NCBI GenBank assembly: GCA_013239625.1 | Contig: MU053557.1 | Span: 2,572,123 to 2,636,122, forward strand | Direction of reading: 5' to 3' | Origin: Lama guanicoe | Lineage: Eukaryota | Length of the DNA stretch: 64,000 nt | Part shown: in pieces, positions 11,641-24,900 of the stretch | How positions within the stretch are numbered: the first letter of the stretch is position 1 | Layout of the letters: the number at the start of each line of letters is the position of its first letter | The notes under the pieces: generated by a model | What the model saw: the letters and a program-made list of their open reading frames with translations, nothing else | Databases searched by the model: none | Told to the model about the DNA's origin: nothing | Made by a program: the position numbers and the translations under genes

Positions 11641-14064
11641 TGTGAATGAACTTGAATGTCAAGAGGGAGGCTTTCTTAAGGCTCCTTCCCCCTCACGGGA
11701 TTCTGCCCCTGGAAGACAGGAAGAGGGCAGCGACCCTGCGGTCGGTCAGGCTAACCCTTGTCCCCCCGCCCAGCTCCTTCACTGCATTTTCCAAAGTGAG
11801 GCCTCTAGCTGCACTACTCAAAATAACGGATCCATGAACTGTTTGCTAATGGTCCGTGACAACATAAGGAGCTCAAGCCAGAGTCAACTCATTGCTTCAT
11901 TCATTGAGGAAGTCTTGCTACGGAAAATAAAAGTGTAAGCTGAACTATCTGGTGGATTAGTGATGTGAACGATTCATATTCGGGTACAAGCTCTTTATCT
12001 TGTTGTGGACCGGCACTGGGCCAAACACCATGTTTTGAGTAGAACGTTAAAAAGAACAGTAATCCCATGAGTTGAGGAAAGGGTTTTTCATGGTCAAATA
12101 GGGTTGGTGGAAAATACTGCATGCCCTGCAACTTTCTTGGAGTTTGATATCATATATTAGTACACAAAATGTCCTGAGGAACCCCAAAGTAAATATATCT
12201 GTTGACATGTTATTAAGCTATGATTTCTCATATATTCTTGAGCAAGAAACACTTGAGAGCATGTATGTGTGTGTGTTTGTTTTTTACAACTGCTTTTAAC
12301 ATTTTTCTTCTGGTGAAGAACAGGAGCTCAACCAATCATCTCACTGCAGCAACAAATTACAAGAATGTGATCCACTCCCCTCCACTCAAAACTATACAAA
12401 TCTAAACCTTTCACGTAGAAATGCCTTTCCTCGTGGCTCAGTCGTTCTAAGGAAACCAGAGAATTAAATATTTTTCCAGTTGACGACAATCTCCTTTAAC
12501 ATAAAACTACCCTTATAAAATATTTTCCTTCAACCAATTTCTTATTTTTATGCACCAAAGAAAAGAAAGTACATTCCTCTATACACTAACCTCTAAGAAA
12601 ATATTTTAAAATCTTTTTCTCTGGTAAGGACAGGTATTTAAAAATCAATGCATAAGTTGAAGCCTGGTTTGCAACGTCCTAAGATCAAAGTGATCGTGTT
12701 TTCTCCTGAACTTGATTCTAAATCCATTTGCGTTAATAATTTTCTACAAAAATCTTATGGATAGTGAGCAGAGGTCCTGGAATTCCTCTTGTGATTTCAA
12801 ACGAGTTCTTTTCATAACTTGGTAGCAGTAGAGACCCAGGCCCACAGTTCTGACCTCTAGTTAAGTAAGTCTAATTTAAAAACAAATACCATAGATCAGC
12901 TGCAGGCTGTGCTAACATTCTCAGGTTTCCTGAGCAAAGCACTTCTTGGTACTTCACGCCCTGTGCACGCCTGCACACGCGTACACATGCACAAGTAATT
13001 TCAAGGGCTGGAACTCACGCCTATAACTCCTGCAACAGTAGCTCCGCTACCAGAGCCAGGACCTGGTCTGGGGACAACGTCTTTCCCACGACATTCACAG
13101 CTCAGATAATTGCATCTGAAAGATTCTGAAAATAGAGATAATTTTCCCCCTTGAATCACCCAATTATGCCTTGATTTTCCATCTACTAAAAGTACACAGA
13201 GAGCCCTTTAAAGGAGACGATGGGGAAAATCATGCCAATAATATCTCTTTTGAGAAAAACCTGCCTGGGTTAGTGTGATTTAGGTTTCACACAATGACAA
13301 GATCCTTGCTCGCCAAGCCTGGAGAAGGGTAGCAGCCTGCCCTGGCCGGGACGACCTTCTCACATCTCTGAAATTCAGACCATTTACTGACCAAGGTTAG
13401 GAAAAGAGGGTGGGTCATAGTCTAGAATACTGTGCCTCCTGACTGTGGACCCTCAAGACAAACTGCCCCAGGGGCCATGGAAACATCAAGATTTCCTTCA
13501 CTAACATGATCCTTTTCTTCTTCTGATGCTAGTGGACTTCTCAGCTTCCCATTGTCACCAAGTGTCATTTACTAGTTCCTATCACATCGAGAAGCCATGG
13601 ATGCCTTCCAAAGGGGTTGGGAGCAAGAGACAAAGAGAACTTGATCTCAAGCCAGATACAGGATTCTGCTTATATTTATATTTATCTTGGATCTAATTAC
13701 TACACGGTAAGCGCAGCATAACAAAGGGAGCTTTGAGATGAAAGAAAATATTTTATTGCCAGTGAATGTGCTCTGAATCCAAGGCAGCTCTGGAGAGCCA
13801 GGGCAAACACACATTCAGAGTAAAGCAGGATGGATTGCTGGTCCCCAAACATACTACTGCTTTGAATTTTTTCAATATATTTATCTGATTTTCCTGAAAG
13901 TCCTGGTGTCTAGGAGAAAGACAAGATGGGAAGGAACACCCACTGATCGCAAGGCATAAGGCTGCTCTATTTTATTCACACAGCCTTTGTGGGAAGAATG
14001 TGCCATGATTTCCATTTTACAGACGATAGGTAAGATGTGGTCAGTGCTCGAGCCCTTGCCTGGA

Positions 14065-14310
14065 GACTGGGGCACGGTATTAAGATCACAGACTCTGGAG
14101 TCAGACTGAAACTGGTTAAAAAGATGACTCTGTCCCTTAGTAGCTGTAGCCCTTGGGCAAGTAAGCTCAGTTCCCTGAATCGAATGTACTCATCTGCAAA
14201 ATGGGAATAAAAACAGTACTTACCCCACAGGACTGCCGTCAGGCTGCAATAAGACGGCACTTAAATGTGCTGAGCAGAAGGCTGGGCGCACAGTGGGTAT
14301 TTCACTGACG
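14065..14310 (+). mobile_element. MIR SINE
   Basis: gactctggagtcagactg..tagctgtagcccttgggcaagtaa..ctcatctgcaaaatgggaataaaaacagtactta. Confidence 0.75.
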
Positions 14311-14741
14311 CCTGCACTACTGTCTCTGCCCCAGCACGCTGGTGGTTAGGTGGGCTGCCCCCTGATGTGACCAGGAGTAAGAGGGGGTAAGAACCTGAGT
14401 TATAAAGGGCAGAGGTTTAGTCACACAGCCTGAACCTGCTTGGCTTGCAGAAGCGCACTCTAAATCCACTCATTCACTCAAATGTAAAACGTTGTGATAA
14501 TAACATTGCCCTCAGATTATTCCATATAGAACCTTGAGGTAGGAGGAAGGAAACAGGCAGAGGAGGATCTTACAAAATCAAATCAGAGAAGCTCATGTTC
14601 AGAGGGGACTTTAAAGGTCACTTTGCCAATGTCCTCAAGCCCAGTTTATCTTCAGAACCACCTCGGATACAGCTGAGAAACATGGGTAGATCCCTTGGCC
14701 CTTCTCTTGGACACTCTGAATCAGTTAGCTGGGAACAATTA

Positions 14742-14939
14742 AGATACTTTCTATTATACACAAAAGAGATAAACACGGTCCTATTGCATAGCACAGGGAA
14801 CTATATTCAGTACCTTGTAATAGCCTATAATGAAAAAAATATGGAAAAGGATATACATATATGTATAAATGAATCACTATGCTGTACACCAGGAATTAAT
14901 ACAACATTGTAAACTGAGTATACTTCAATAAAAAAAAAA
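14742..14939 (+). mobile_element. L1 3'UTR fragment with poly(A), inside a MER5-like element
   Basis: agcacagggaactatattcagtaccttgtaatagcctataatgaaaaaaatatg...tacttcaataaaaaaaaa matches 2950-3088. Flanks (cagaaccacc..ctgaatcag / ttcccagattctgatg) look like MER5. Confidence 0.85.
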
Positions 14940-16507
14940 TTCCCAGATTCTGATGATCGTCCAGGAGGTCTGGTAAACCACAATCTAATTCTACGCATCC
15001 TTTCAGCTCCATCTTCCTCCAGAACAAAACAGAAACCCCACCTGTGCCCAAGATTCCAGAAGCGTCTACTGTCTCCTTCACAGTTTTCTTTCTAGTCCCT
15101 GTTTACTTATCTTTTGGTTTATACTGAATATTCAGACAAATATATCAGGCATTCTATTTAGTACAAGAGGCAGAATAGCAGTATGGATTTTGGAATCCTA
15201 AAGACGTGAATTTAAGTCCAAGCACGACCGTGTACTAGTGTCTGACCCTCAGGCAGGTTGTTTGACCTCTCTGGCTTTGGAAAATGAGGTTTATTTTAGT
15301 CCCTACAAGATAGGTTTATCTTGAAGATTAAATCAGCCCACATTTGCAGCATCCCTGGAACACAGCAAATGCTCAGTAAATGTTTGCTGTTTTTACTCTT
15401 ATTCCAGCTGAAGCCTCACCCTGAACACAACTAACACTGTCTCGCCGAAGATCAGCCAAGGAACAGGCAGGGACATCCACAACTGTCACCCCCAAAAGGC
15501 AAAACACGTCAAAACACAGAGGCTTTTTGGTGAGGGTAGTGCCTGCAGTTCCTGTGGAGTGCGTTCTGATCCCATCACTGAAACCCCATGACACAGACAG
15601 ATAGAATCAGATAATGATGGCAATCAATAACAATAACAGAAATTATTATTTATTTTCATAAACACAGAGTGTGTGCGTCCCGCTGAGTTACACACATCAC
15701 ATGCCAGTGTTCACTTGCGGGGCAGTCAATCAACGGGGGATCGCAATGTCCCCCCCACCGGGACAGGAGGGGGAGGGATGGAGTGGAGGTGGAGAAATTA
15801 CCCACACCAGAGTGACATGTACGCAACGTTAATCTCATCCAGGGGCCATCCGGGTGCCACTGTGAGCCTGTGAATATGGAACAGCCTTGATTGATTTTGC
15901 ACTGCAGTAGCTAAACACTCCATTGTTATTTGCAACAAAAATAAGGAAAGGAAAGATGAAACTGTAAAAGGATTGGCTATTAAGCCCCCAGAGCAGCAAT
16001 AAATCATAAAACGAACTCTAGAAAAATTTAAAATGGGTAGGGGAAGACTGGATCTGTGTCCTAAGAGGACTCTGTTGTCAAAGCATAAGCCCAAAATGAA
16101 AACCTAAGGCGGTGATGGCTGATCCTGACGCAACCTGTAATCTGCCCTGAGACTGGCCTGGGGTTGCCCATCCTCCTGGAGTGAGCATCACCACACAGTC
16201 ACCAGAGAGGCAGCGAGAGAGCATAGACGGAAAGCCTTTGATTTTCAGTTCTGCCTCTCAGAGCCTCAGTTTCCCCCTTTTATAATGGGGATAATCACAT
16301 CCAGACCATGAGAAAGAGGGAAAGCACAATTCATGCCCCATTTGTCTCCCAAGATCCTTGGGAGCATCAAATGAGACCCCTCAGCATAAAAGACCATCCA
16401 TCATGTATCTTGAAAACTCCTTCCTGGTCCTCCATTTCATTCTTTTTGCTCTTCCTCTGAACTGCCATGACAATCTCCTGTGCTTGTCTCAGTACACTAA
16501 CCCGATC

Positions 16508-16706
16508 TAGTGTTTCTCAAAATGTGTCCCAGGGATCACCTGTATCAGAATCACCTGAGGGTCTTCTACGAGGGGTCTTGTCAATGATGTCATTTCACTG
16601 GGTACAACTCAGACCTTCTGAACCAGATCCCTAGTGAAGAGGCGAGTGATTGTTCTAAAACATATCCCCAGTAACCATGAGAGGCACTGTGGTTCGAAAA
16701 CACTGC
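16508..16706. mobile_element. MER5-type hAT-Charlie MITE
   Basis: agtgtttctcaaa..atcagaatcacctg ... ttcgaaaacactg; terminal inverted similarity. Confidence 0.7.
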
Positions 16707-17342
16707 TTTAGTGAACTTCATGGCGCAGCCATTGGCAATGTGTCCCTTCCTTGGCCCTGGAGGACAGAGTGTGTTTCACTCATCTTTGTAAGACTCACCG
16801 TGTACTATATACTTAGCACAGTGCCTGGAACATAGAAGGGACTCAATGAATAGGATTTAAAATACATTGAGAAGTTCTACGTGTCAGATGCTATCATCCT
16901 CATTGTTGTCTAGATCACGGACCATGCAATAACAAACAGTCCTGTGTATTGGTGATGGGCAGGAGTCCTGGGATCAGACAGACCTCAGCTCCTTCTTGGC
17001 TTTGCCGCTTATTACCAGTGAGGCCTTAAGCCAGTGCTCGCCTCCCTGAGCCTCCGTTTACACACCGGTAAAATGGGCATGATGCACAAGTCACAGGATT
17101 GTGATAAAGAATGAATTGTACAATGTGCACAAACCTGCTCAGTGCAGAGTTAGTCCCTAGGAATGGCTGAATAAATGTGGTTGCTATTATTAGTAAACAT
17201 AAACCAGTGTCTGTTTCATCATTTCTCTAGAAAACAGAACAGGCAGCTAAACCGGTTGTTCCACCAAAATGACCACTTTGGGAAAAGTTTGTTTAGTCAA
17301 TCCCACGACCTGTTAGCGATAACTGTCAAGAAGTTCCCTTCA

Positions 17343-18366
17343 GGGGAAAATATTTGCAAATGATATGACAGGTAAGGGGTTAATATCCAAAATTTATGAT
17401 CAGCTCAACAACTCAACATTAAAAAAAAAACCTGATTAAAAAATGGGCAGAAGACCTGAATAGACATTTTTGCAAAGAAAAAATCCAGGTGGCCAACAGG
17501 CATGTGAAAAGATGCTCAACTTTGCTAATAATCAGGGAAATGCAAGTCAAAACCACAATGAGATACCACCTCACACCTGTCAGAATGGCTATCATCAAAA
17601 ACAAAAACAAAAACACTCCACAAATAACAGATGTTGGCCAGGATGTGGAGAAAAGGGAACCCTTGTACACTGTTGGTGGGAATGTAAATTGGTGCAGCCA
17701 CTATGGAAACCAGTAAGGAGGTTTCTCAAAAAGCTAAAAATAGAATTACCATATGACCCAGCAATTCCATTCCTGGGTATATCCCCCCCCCAAAAAAACC
17801 CAAACTAGTAATTTGAAAAGACACCTGAACCCCAATGTCATAGCAGCACTGTTTACAATAGCCAAGGCATGGAAACTACCATATGATCCAGCAATTCCAC
17901 TCCTGGGCATATATCCAGAGGGAACTTTAATTCAAAAAGATGCGTGCACCCCAATGTTCACAGCAGCACTATATACAATAGTCAAGACACAGAAACAACC
18001 TAAATGTCCACTGACAGATGATTGGATAAAGAAGCTGTGGTATATTTATACAATGGAATACTACTCAGTCATAAAAAATAATAAAATAATGCCATTTGCA
18101 GCAACATGGAAGAAACTGGAGAATGTCATTCTAAGTGAAGTAAGCCAGAAAGGGAAAGAAAAACACCATATGATACCACTTATATATGGAGTCTAAGAAA
18201 AAAAGACAAATGAACTTATTTACAAAAAAGAAATAGACTCACAGACATAGAAAACAAACTTATGATTACCAGAGGGGGAAGGGGGTGGGAAAGGATAAAT
18301 TGAGGAAAAATGTATATATTCATATGTAGACTAGAATAAATTAGAAACAAAAAAGTAAAAAAAAAA
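17343..18366 (+). mobile_element. L1 ORF2 C-terminus + partial 3'UTR, with a diverged internal repeat
   Basis: ORFs 17489..17716 ([36 protein letters not shown]) and 17753..18196 ([14 protein letters not shown]...DWIKKLWYIYTMEYYS) are L1 ORF2p. Confidence 0.93.
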
Positions 18367-21300
18367 AGAATGAATATCTTCTTAGAAAGCAGCTATAGGG
18401 AATCATAATGGAAAGCATCAGATCTGGGGTCAGATGGGCTAGACTCGAATCCCAGCCCCACCGTTTTCTAGCCATGAGATCTTGGGCAGACGACCCCTTG
18501 CCTATCCTAAAACTCCGTTTCCACTTCTGTGGAATCTCTTCACTTGACCCACCTACTGAGTGCTACCACGTGTCCTGCACTGTTCTCAGTGCCGGATCTG
18601 CAGGAGAGAAGATGCGTGGTTCCTGTTTTCATGGAGCTTACATTTTAGTGGAGGGAGAGGGGAAGCAGACAAATGATACATCAGGCCAGGAAAAGAGCTA
18701 AGACCAAAGGGGCAGGGTACGCACGCCGAGAGCGAGCGGGAAGATGTGAGTGTGCTATTTTCCCTAGAGAATTCCAGGAGCGCAGCTCTGAGACTTCAGT
18801 GGAATGAAGGAGGAAGGCTTTGGATGATCCAGAGAGAATAACAGAATCTGCCCGGGACAGTTACTGTTCAGATGAAATGATACAAGGATACACAGTCCTG
18901 CATATAGTAAGCACTCAATAAACGTGGTATTATTATTATTATTTATATAAGCTGCAAGGAATATTTGGATACAAATCCATTAGAAAACTTAAGCTCATTA
19001 CATTTCCTTCATTTTGGGGGAGGTTATGGCAAGTCAGTGTGGGACTCACACCTTCTAGACTCTGTAACTGGTTCAAAAGCACGTTTCAACCTGGCCTCGG
19101 TTCCCAGGGCACCAGCAGCCAACCACAATGAGGGAAATAATGACTCCAGGCCCGTTCTGCACAGAGAGGTCGGCTCAGTGTGATCTGTCACCACCCAGCT
19201 CCCCTCCTGGGCTGATTAAGTCACTTGAACTATGAGTTTCTTTCTGCTGCCGAGAAAGGGCTCTGAGGGCCTCTTACCCCTGGATATTGGGAGGTTGGCA
19301 AGAAAGGCACAGAGAATCTTGCTAAGTGGAAATATGTAAGACCTCAAGGGCTTGGTTTCTCCATATGGAGGTCAGAGTTCTGGGAACTCACTGTGTGAAT
19401 GTGCAGGTGAGAGAGAAAGACAGAGAGGGGGAGAGAGGGAGGAGAGACATGTCCACACATCCTGATCTGGAATAATAACAGCACTGATTATTAACAAAAC
19501 CTTTAAAAATGTCCCAAAATGTATGTGTCCAAGTTTAAGAGCCATAGCTCTTGATTTTGAGTGACAGCTCTGGAATAACTGGCTGACAGACATTGGGCAA
19601 GTCATTATCCCTCTCAGCCTGCATCAGGTTTAAGGGCTCAGGTTCCAGAGCAAAGGAGATCAAGGTTTGATTGTTAGCCCTGCATGACCTTGGGCACATA
19701 ACTTAACTTCTGTGAGGCACATCTGTTCAATGGGTATTTTAACAGTGACCTGTCGCCCACGAGGTAGCTAATGCAGTGAGTGGGTGGCATGAGATATAGT
19801 AAATACACCATCAATATCACATACTAGCATTTTCACCTGCCAAATACCTGTCCTGCCTTCCTCACTGGCTGGTCGAAGATGAATCAGGGGGTGAGGTAAG
19901 AAAACAGCTTCACAGCTGGTATAAATGGTATTTTACAACTATAAGCTACTATTACTATTAAATTATCATCATGCTTATTGCCTTCAATGTTCTAATACCG
20001 AGCAGGAGATGTGGTGTTCTCAGAAGTGCTTCTCATGGTCTCTCTGGGTAACGAGTGATTGGATTTGAAAGGCTATCTTGCATAAAAAAGGGGAAAAAAA
20101 TAACTACATTCATACTTTCAAAGCTGAGCCTCCCAGCGCTGAAATAGAACAGGTTCATTACTCAGTGAGGATTAATTAGCTGTCGGGTATTATTAAACTT
20201 CCCTGCTCTTAAGATCCACGTAGAACTGGAAACTACGAAAGTGAGTGAGAGGTAATCATAGCACAGGGAAGGAAAAAAAAAAAAAGCCACAACTGCTGGC
20301 AATGCAAATTTCAAGAGCAGAGCATGTTAGTAAATTAGGGTCTGATTAATATCTCATCAGCTCATTCTCTGTTTGGAGTCATTGTTCTGAATCTGTTGTC
20401 TTCAAGGTTGCCTGGTTTTTCTTCTTCTACCACTGGGATCAGAAAGAAAGGAGACTGACCTTTTCAGTATTTACATTGAAAGAATGCCGGTGTGTGGATG
20501 TTTACAGTGAAATGAGGATGCTTGAAAGCCTAGGAGGGTAGATGAGGTGAAATCAGGTATGAGTTTTACTGTATGATAGCAAATGTCTGGCGAGTTGGTA
20601 CAATGACTGTCGAAATGATTGAAAAGTAGCAGAGGCTCATGAAAAATGAGTGTGGAGGAGCCTTAGAGATGATAAAAGTCCAGGGATAACAGATCCTTTA
20701 TCTCAGCCACCAGGGGCTCATGATAAAAATGCAGATTCCTAGGGACCACCCAGCTTGTAGAAGAGAGTCAGTGGGGCTTGGTCCTGGGCATCTGCATTTG
20801 TAACCGGCACCCAAGGAGGCAAACCACTGACTTTGCGTAGTCCTCTGCTCGGCAGCTCAGAAACCAAGCTCAGAGAGAAGAAATGTGATTCACTGGCCTG
20901 GGGTCACATGGATTGTTCCTAAGAATGCAAGAACCAGCACTGGGGTTTTCTGATTCCTAGCCACACCTCAGGGCCTCCTTCCCTGTTTGAGATGCACCAG
21001 TCCAGTTCACAACATCACTGTGGCATCTTGGGGACAATCTCTGCTTTAATGGAAACTTACATAGAGTCCTTCTCACCCCTTCATCACAGGGATGGCATTC
21101 TCCCAGGGGCTAAACACAGATATATGAAATTCATAGGGTGCCTGGACAACAGAAACTCATCGTGGGGACCATAGACAGCATCCGAGAAATTCCATCCACA
21201 CAGCAAACGAGGGCAAGGTAACATCTGGGCAGAACCTCACGTCATCAGCTCCCCAGTGGCACCCGATCTATCTGTTTCCTCCACGGGACTGCGAAGTCCT

Positions 21301-23178
21301 AGGGGTGAAAGACTGTCTCCTCCCCTTTGCATCTCCAGCACAGTGCTTGCCTCCTTCCTAGGCACCAGACACAAGCCTGAGGAGTGAAAACAGCAGTATA
21401 AAAAGCATATGAAGAGAAAAATAGGAATTTCTTCATATACCCAGGCCTACTATCATAACTTGGGTGTCATGACAGCCATGAAACTGGTGACGATGACAGT
21501 AATACTAAACCAACAGCAGGGAATTAATATTATTGAGTGCTTTCTGTGAGTGAGACCACACAGGATAAGCTCTTTACCACACATGATATCGTACTAAGTC
21601 CTCGCCACGATCCTGGGACGTAATGACCATCCCTCAGCCCTGTTGCGCAGGTGTGAAAAGTTGGAGGCACAGGAATTTAAGTCACGCGTCCAAAGCCACC
21701 AGCCAGAAAGGAATGGAGCCAGACCTCTGACCCAGGACAGACTGACTCAGCATTACACTCTTCACTGCTCTGTCCTCCAGTTGCCAAAACCTCTGCGCAT
21801 TTAGTGCATCGAACCAGTCTGATAAGGCGGACCTGCTTGGCTATTCTCCAGGTTAAAGGCACAGCGGACGAGAGGCAACAGAACAGCCAATGCTTGTCGG
21901 CTCAGAGGACGCTCAGTAGAAGAGCAGGCACCCATTAGTACTGGGTGCACACAGCCTACAACTATGACCAGCATAGAGTCTGTACTCAAAAAGCATTCAT
22001 GGAATAAACGGATGAACAAATGAATGAATGAATGAACAAACCAACAAGTGAGGTAATCAGGCAGCCACCGATCATTCAATTCCCACATCTGCCTCTGAAC
22101 CTCAGGCGACAACCTCTTTTCCCCATGGGTACGTCTCCGTCTCCGGTCCCAGTTTCTGGTCTTTAGTAGAGCAGCTGGCATCTGAAAGCACGTGTTTTAC
22201 ACAGATCTGTGGGTCCCTGGGGGCTGGGGCTGGTCCCATCATGTGCCTGCTTCACCGCTCGTGTTGAGCACTTCCAGAACTAAACTCATTGCCCAGTCCT
22301 GAACCATCTTAACCTATATCTAGAGAGCCTTCCCTTTAAAAGAGTCTGCTTTCAGAAATCCATTTCTAACACCATTTCCCTACAAGACTTTTCCTGGCCT
22401 CCCAGAACCAAATAAAATTTCTCAGGCCTTTGATAAAACTGGAACTCCCCAACTCTCACTGCATTTATCTTATTCTATTTAGCATCGTGTCATTTGCATA
22501 TTAGTCCTACACATCCTCTTTCCTTACCAGACTGTGCATTTCTGGAGGGCAGGAAGGAAGTTAGGGAGACTAACAGTAGAGACCATTTCTTAAGTACCAG
22601 CCATGGAGTAAGAGCTTGCCATCCTCACTGCATTTTATCCTCATAAGTCCACAGATAGTAAGGTAATTAAGTTCCCTGTTTTGCATACGGAAAAACTAAA
22701 AATAACTTGCATGACTCGAGTTCAAAAAGGTTAAGCGACTACATGAGATTCTGGTATGTGGTAGAATTTGAACCCAGGCGTGCTAGATTCAGAAGTTCAT
22801 GTTTTGAATCACAAGACCCCGGCTTCCCCTCTGCGTGGTCCCATCCCCTGGATCTTGATTACAGAAGATGCTCAAGACATTTTCGATGATGTGAACAGAG
22901 GCTGAGAAGACAGTAATGTATGGCAGTGGCCACGTGGGCAAGTCCTTGGGGACAGAAAGAGATGCGTGGATTTGGCGCCATCAGAGCTCAGTGCCTGTCC
23001 TGCCCCTCCAGCTGCTGCCAGAGATGCAGATAGGTTGGGTCTCTGCTTGAACTCCCCTGTTCACACCTGAGAGTTGCAACCCATGGCAAAAGCCAGTATG
23101 TGGCCAAACTTGTCCCCCCCACCTCCCCTGGTGGCCAAGGAAGCTGAAAGATGGTGGAAAACCAGCCGTCAGGCTCAC

Positions 23179-23291
23179 CCGCAAGGTTGTGATGGTGGCA
23201 GGATCCCGCAGCCGGCCCTCCTCATCTTTCAGATTGTAGCCTTCTGGCCTCTTGTCACGCTCGCTGACTTTCCACAGCTTCACAGTTTTAT
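23179..23291 (-). CDS. PPP2R2B: PPP2R2B internal coding exon, 113 nt: (D)[37 protein letters not shown]
   Basis: Lies within ORF 22981..23304. Acceptor ttgccctccacag|AT, donor CGG|gtgagc. G+AT completes Asp with the previous exon; 2 nt plus 37 codons. Confidence 0.98.
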
Positions 23292-23699
23292 CTGTGGAGG
23301 GCAACCAGAAGAAATCAAAATGCCAGCGAAAGTCAGCTGGTAAAGGAGTCTTTTGGAGGGGCGGGGAAGCAGGGAGAGGTGGAGGTCATGATGGAAGGAA
23401 CTGCTACAGAAACTGGCTTCTGTCAAGGGCATCAGTGCATCGATCTCAGCACATCTGACACCAGAGCTCGTGTTTCCAAATGAAAACATGTATTGTGCTG
23501 AGACAAACGTTTGCTCTGACAATGGGCTGTTAAATAGATAGCGTCTACATTAATTCGGTTCATTCAATAAAAATTTATTGAACACTGAATAAGAATAGCG
23601 ACATATATAGAATTAACTGTGTAGCCATGTTAGCACTTTACATGGGAATTTAATATTCACAAGACCCTAAGAGATAGGTCCTATTATTTCATTTCATTT

Positions 23700-24215
23700 C
23701 AGTGTCGCTCCTTACCAATCACAGGCCCCAGCGTGACCTGACAGGCCCTCCGTGACCTGTACCTCTGCTTCCTCACTCTGTCTGATCTCACTGTCCACCC
23801 CACTCCCTGCTGCTTCCTGTGCTTCCTTACAGCTCCTTGTACATGTTAATCCTGTCCCTGCCTCAGGGCATTTGCACTAACTGCGCCTCCTGCCAGGAAA
23901 GCCCTTCACCCTCTTTCTCACAAGACCTGTCCTTTGACTTGGCTCTCCCAGTTTATGTCCCAACCTCAGAGGGGTCTTTCCCAACCAACCGACAAGAAGA
24001 CATTTTCCTTACCACTCTAGCCCCGCTTCCTGTTTTATTTTTCCTCACAGTCCTTTTCACTACCTGACAACCTCTTTATTGGTCTCCCTCACTAGAAGGT
24101 AAAATCACTGATGCAGGGATTCTGTCCGTCATGTTCACCCTACACCTCCAGCACCTACAACAGTGCCTGGGGCATAGCAGGTGTTCAAGGAACATTAGTT
24201 GGCTGAATGAATCAA
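23700..24215 (+). mobile_element. L2 (L2a-like) 3' fragment
   Basis: cctcagggcatttgcact..cctcagagggg..gtctccctcactagaaggtaa..gcaggga..acagtgcctggggcatagcaggtgttcaa..tgaatgaa. Confidence 0.8.
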
Positions 24216-24811
24216 TCTCGCCTCTGCAGCGCATCTTGTTAGCAATATTCAGGGAAGTAAAATGAGAAGGAGCATTCAAAATGCTCATTTCCCCCTTCCA
24301 GTCTCTTCTGAGTCCCCAGCTGGAAACTCCCTTTCTTATCTTTGTACTGTCCCAGGACTTGAACTACTTGCTGACCCCTGTCAGTCTCTTGGTAATAAAA
24401 CAGGGGTGAGGGCTCACCACCCACAGGAGGCAGGCAGTGCCAGGGGAATGAGTGAAAGGTGCTGGGGGCTCTGGGGAGCTGGAGATAGCACACCCCACCT
24501 GCAAGCTTTTGATTTCATTTTTTTAAGGCAACATGTTCAGGCTAAACAGATCATGTCTGCGGCTGCATGCCTTTGTAGGCCTTCCTTATCAGAACTTGCA
24601 TTCATTATTTGTACTTGTTCTAACTTCTCTTCTGGATGGCAGGGACTCGAGTGCCCCCCCCCCCCAGTATCTGGCTCTGTGCCTGCAAAGGTTTGGGAAG
24701 CAGACAACCGAGGGCCCTGTCCCCACTCCAGGTCCAGCCAGTCACGTGGCCCCGGACTGGGATTCCCACACAGCTGGCACTTAACTAGTCTTTCCTGAGT
24801 GACAGCCAAAT

Positions 24812-24900
24812 GGGAAAAAGGTACAGAATGCCTGAAATGTGAATTTCAGATAAATGAATAATTTTTAGTATAAGGACATCCCAAATATTCTGATCTTATA
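24812..24900. mobile_element. MER53-like hAT fragment
   Basis: tgaatttcagataaatgaataatttttagtataagg resembles the recalled MER53 consensus. Confidence 0.5.

Noticed and set aside
17753..18196. L1 ORF2-like ORFs as active genes
   Set aside because: 5'-truncated, frameshifted C-terminal fragments with no endonuclease or RT domain.
22981..23178. ORF continues about 65 codons past the exon donor (VSLTAGFPP...)
   Set aside because: Similarity to B55 stops exactly at the GTGAGC donor. An open intronic stretch of this length is unremarkable.
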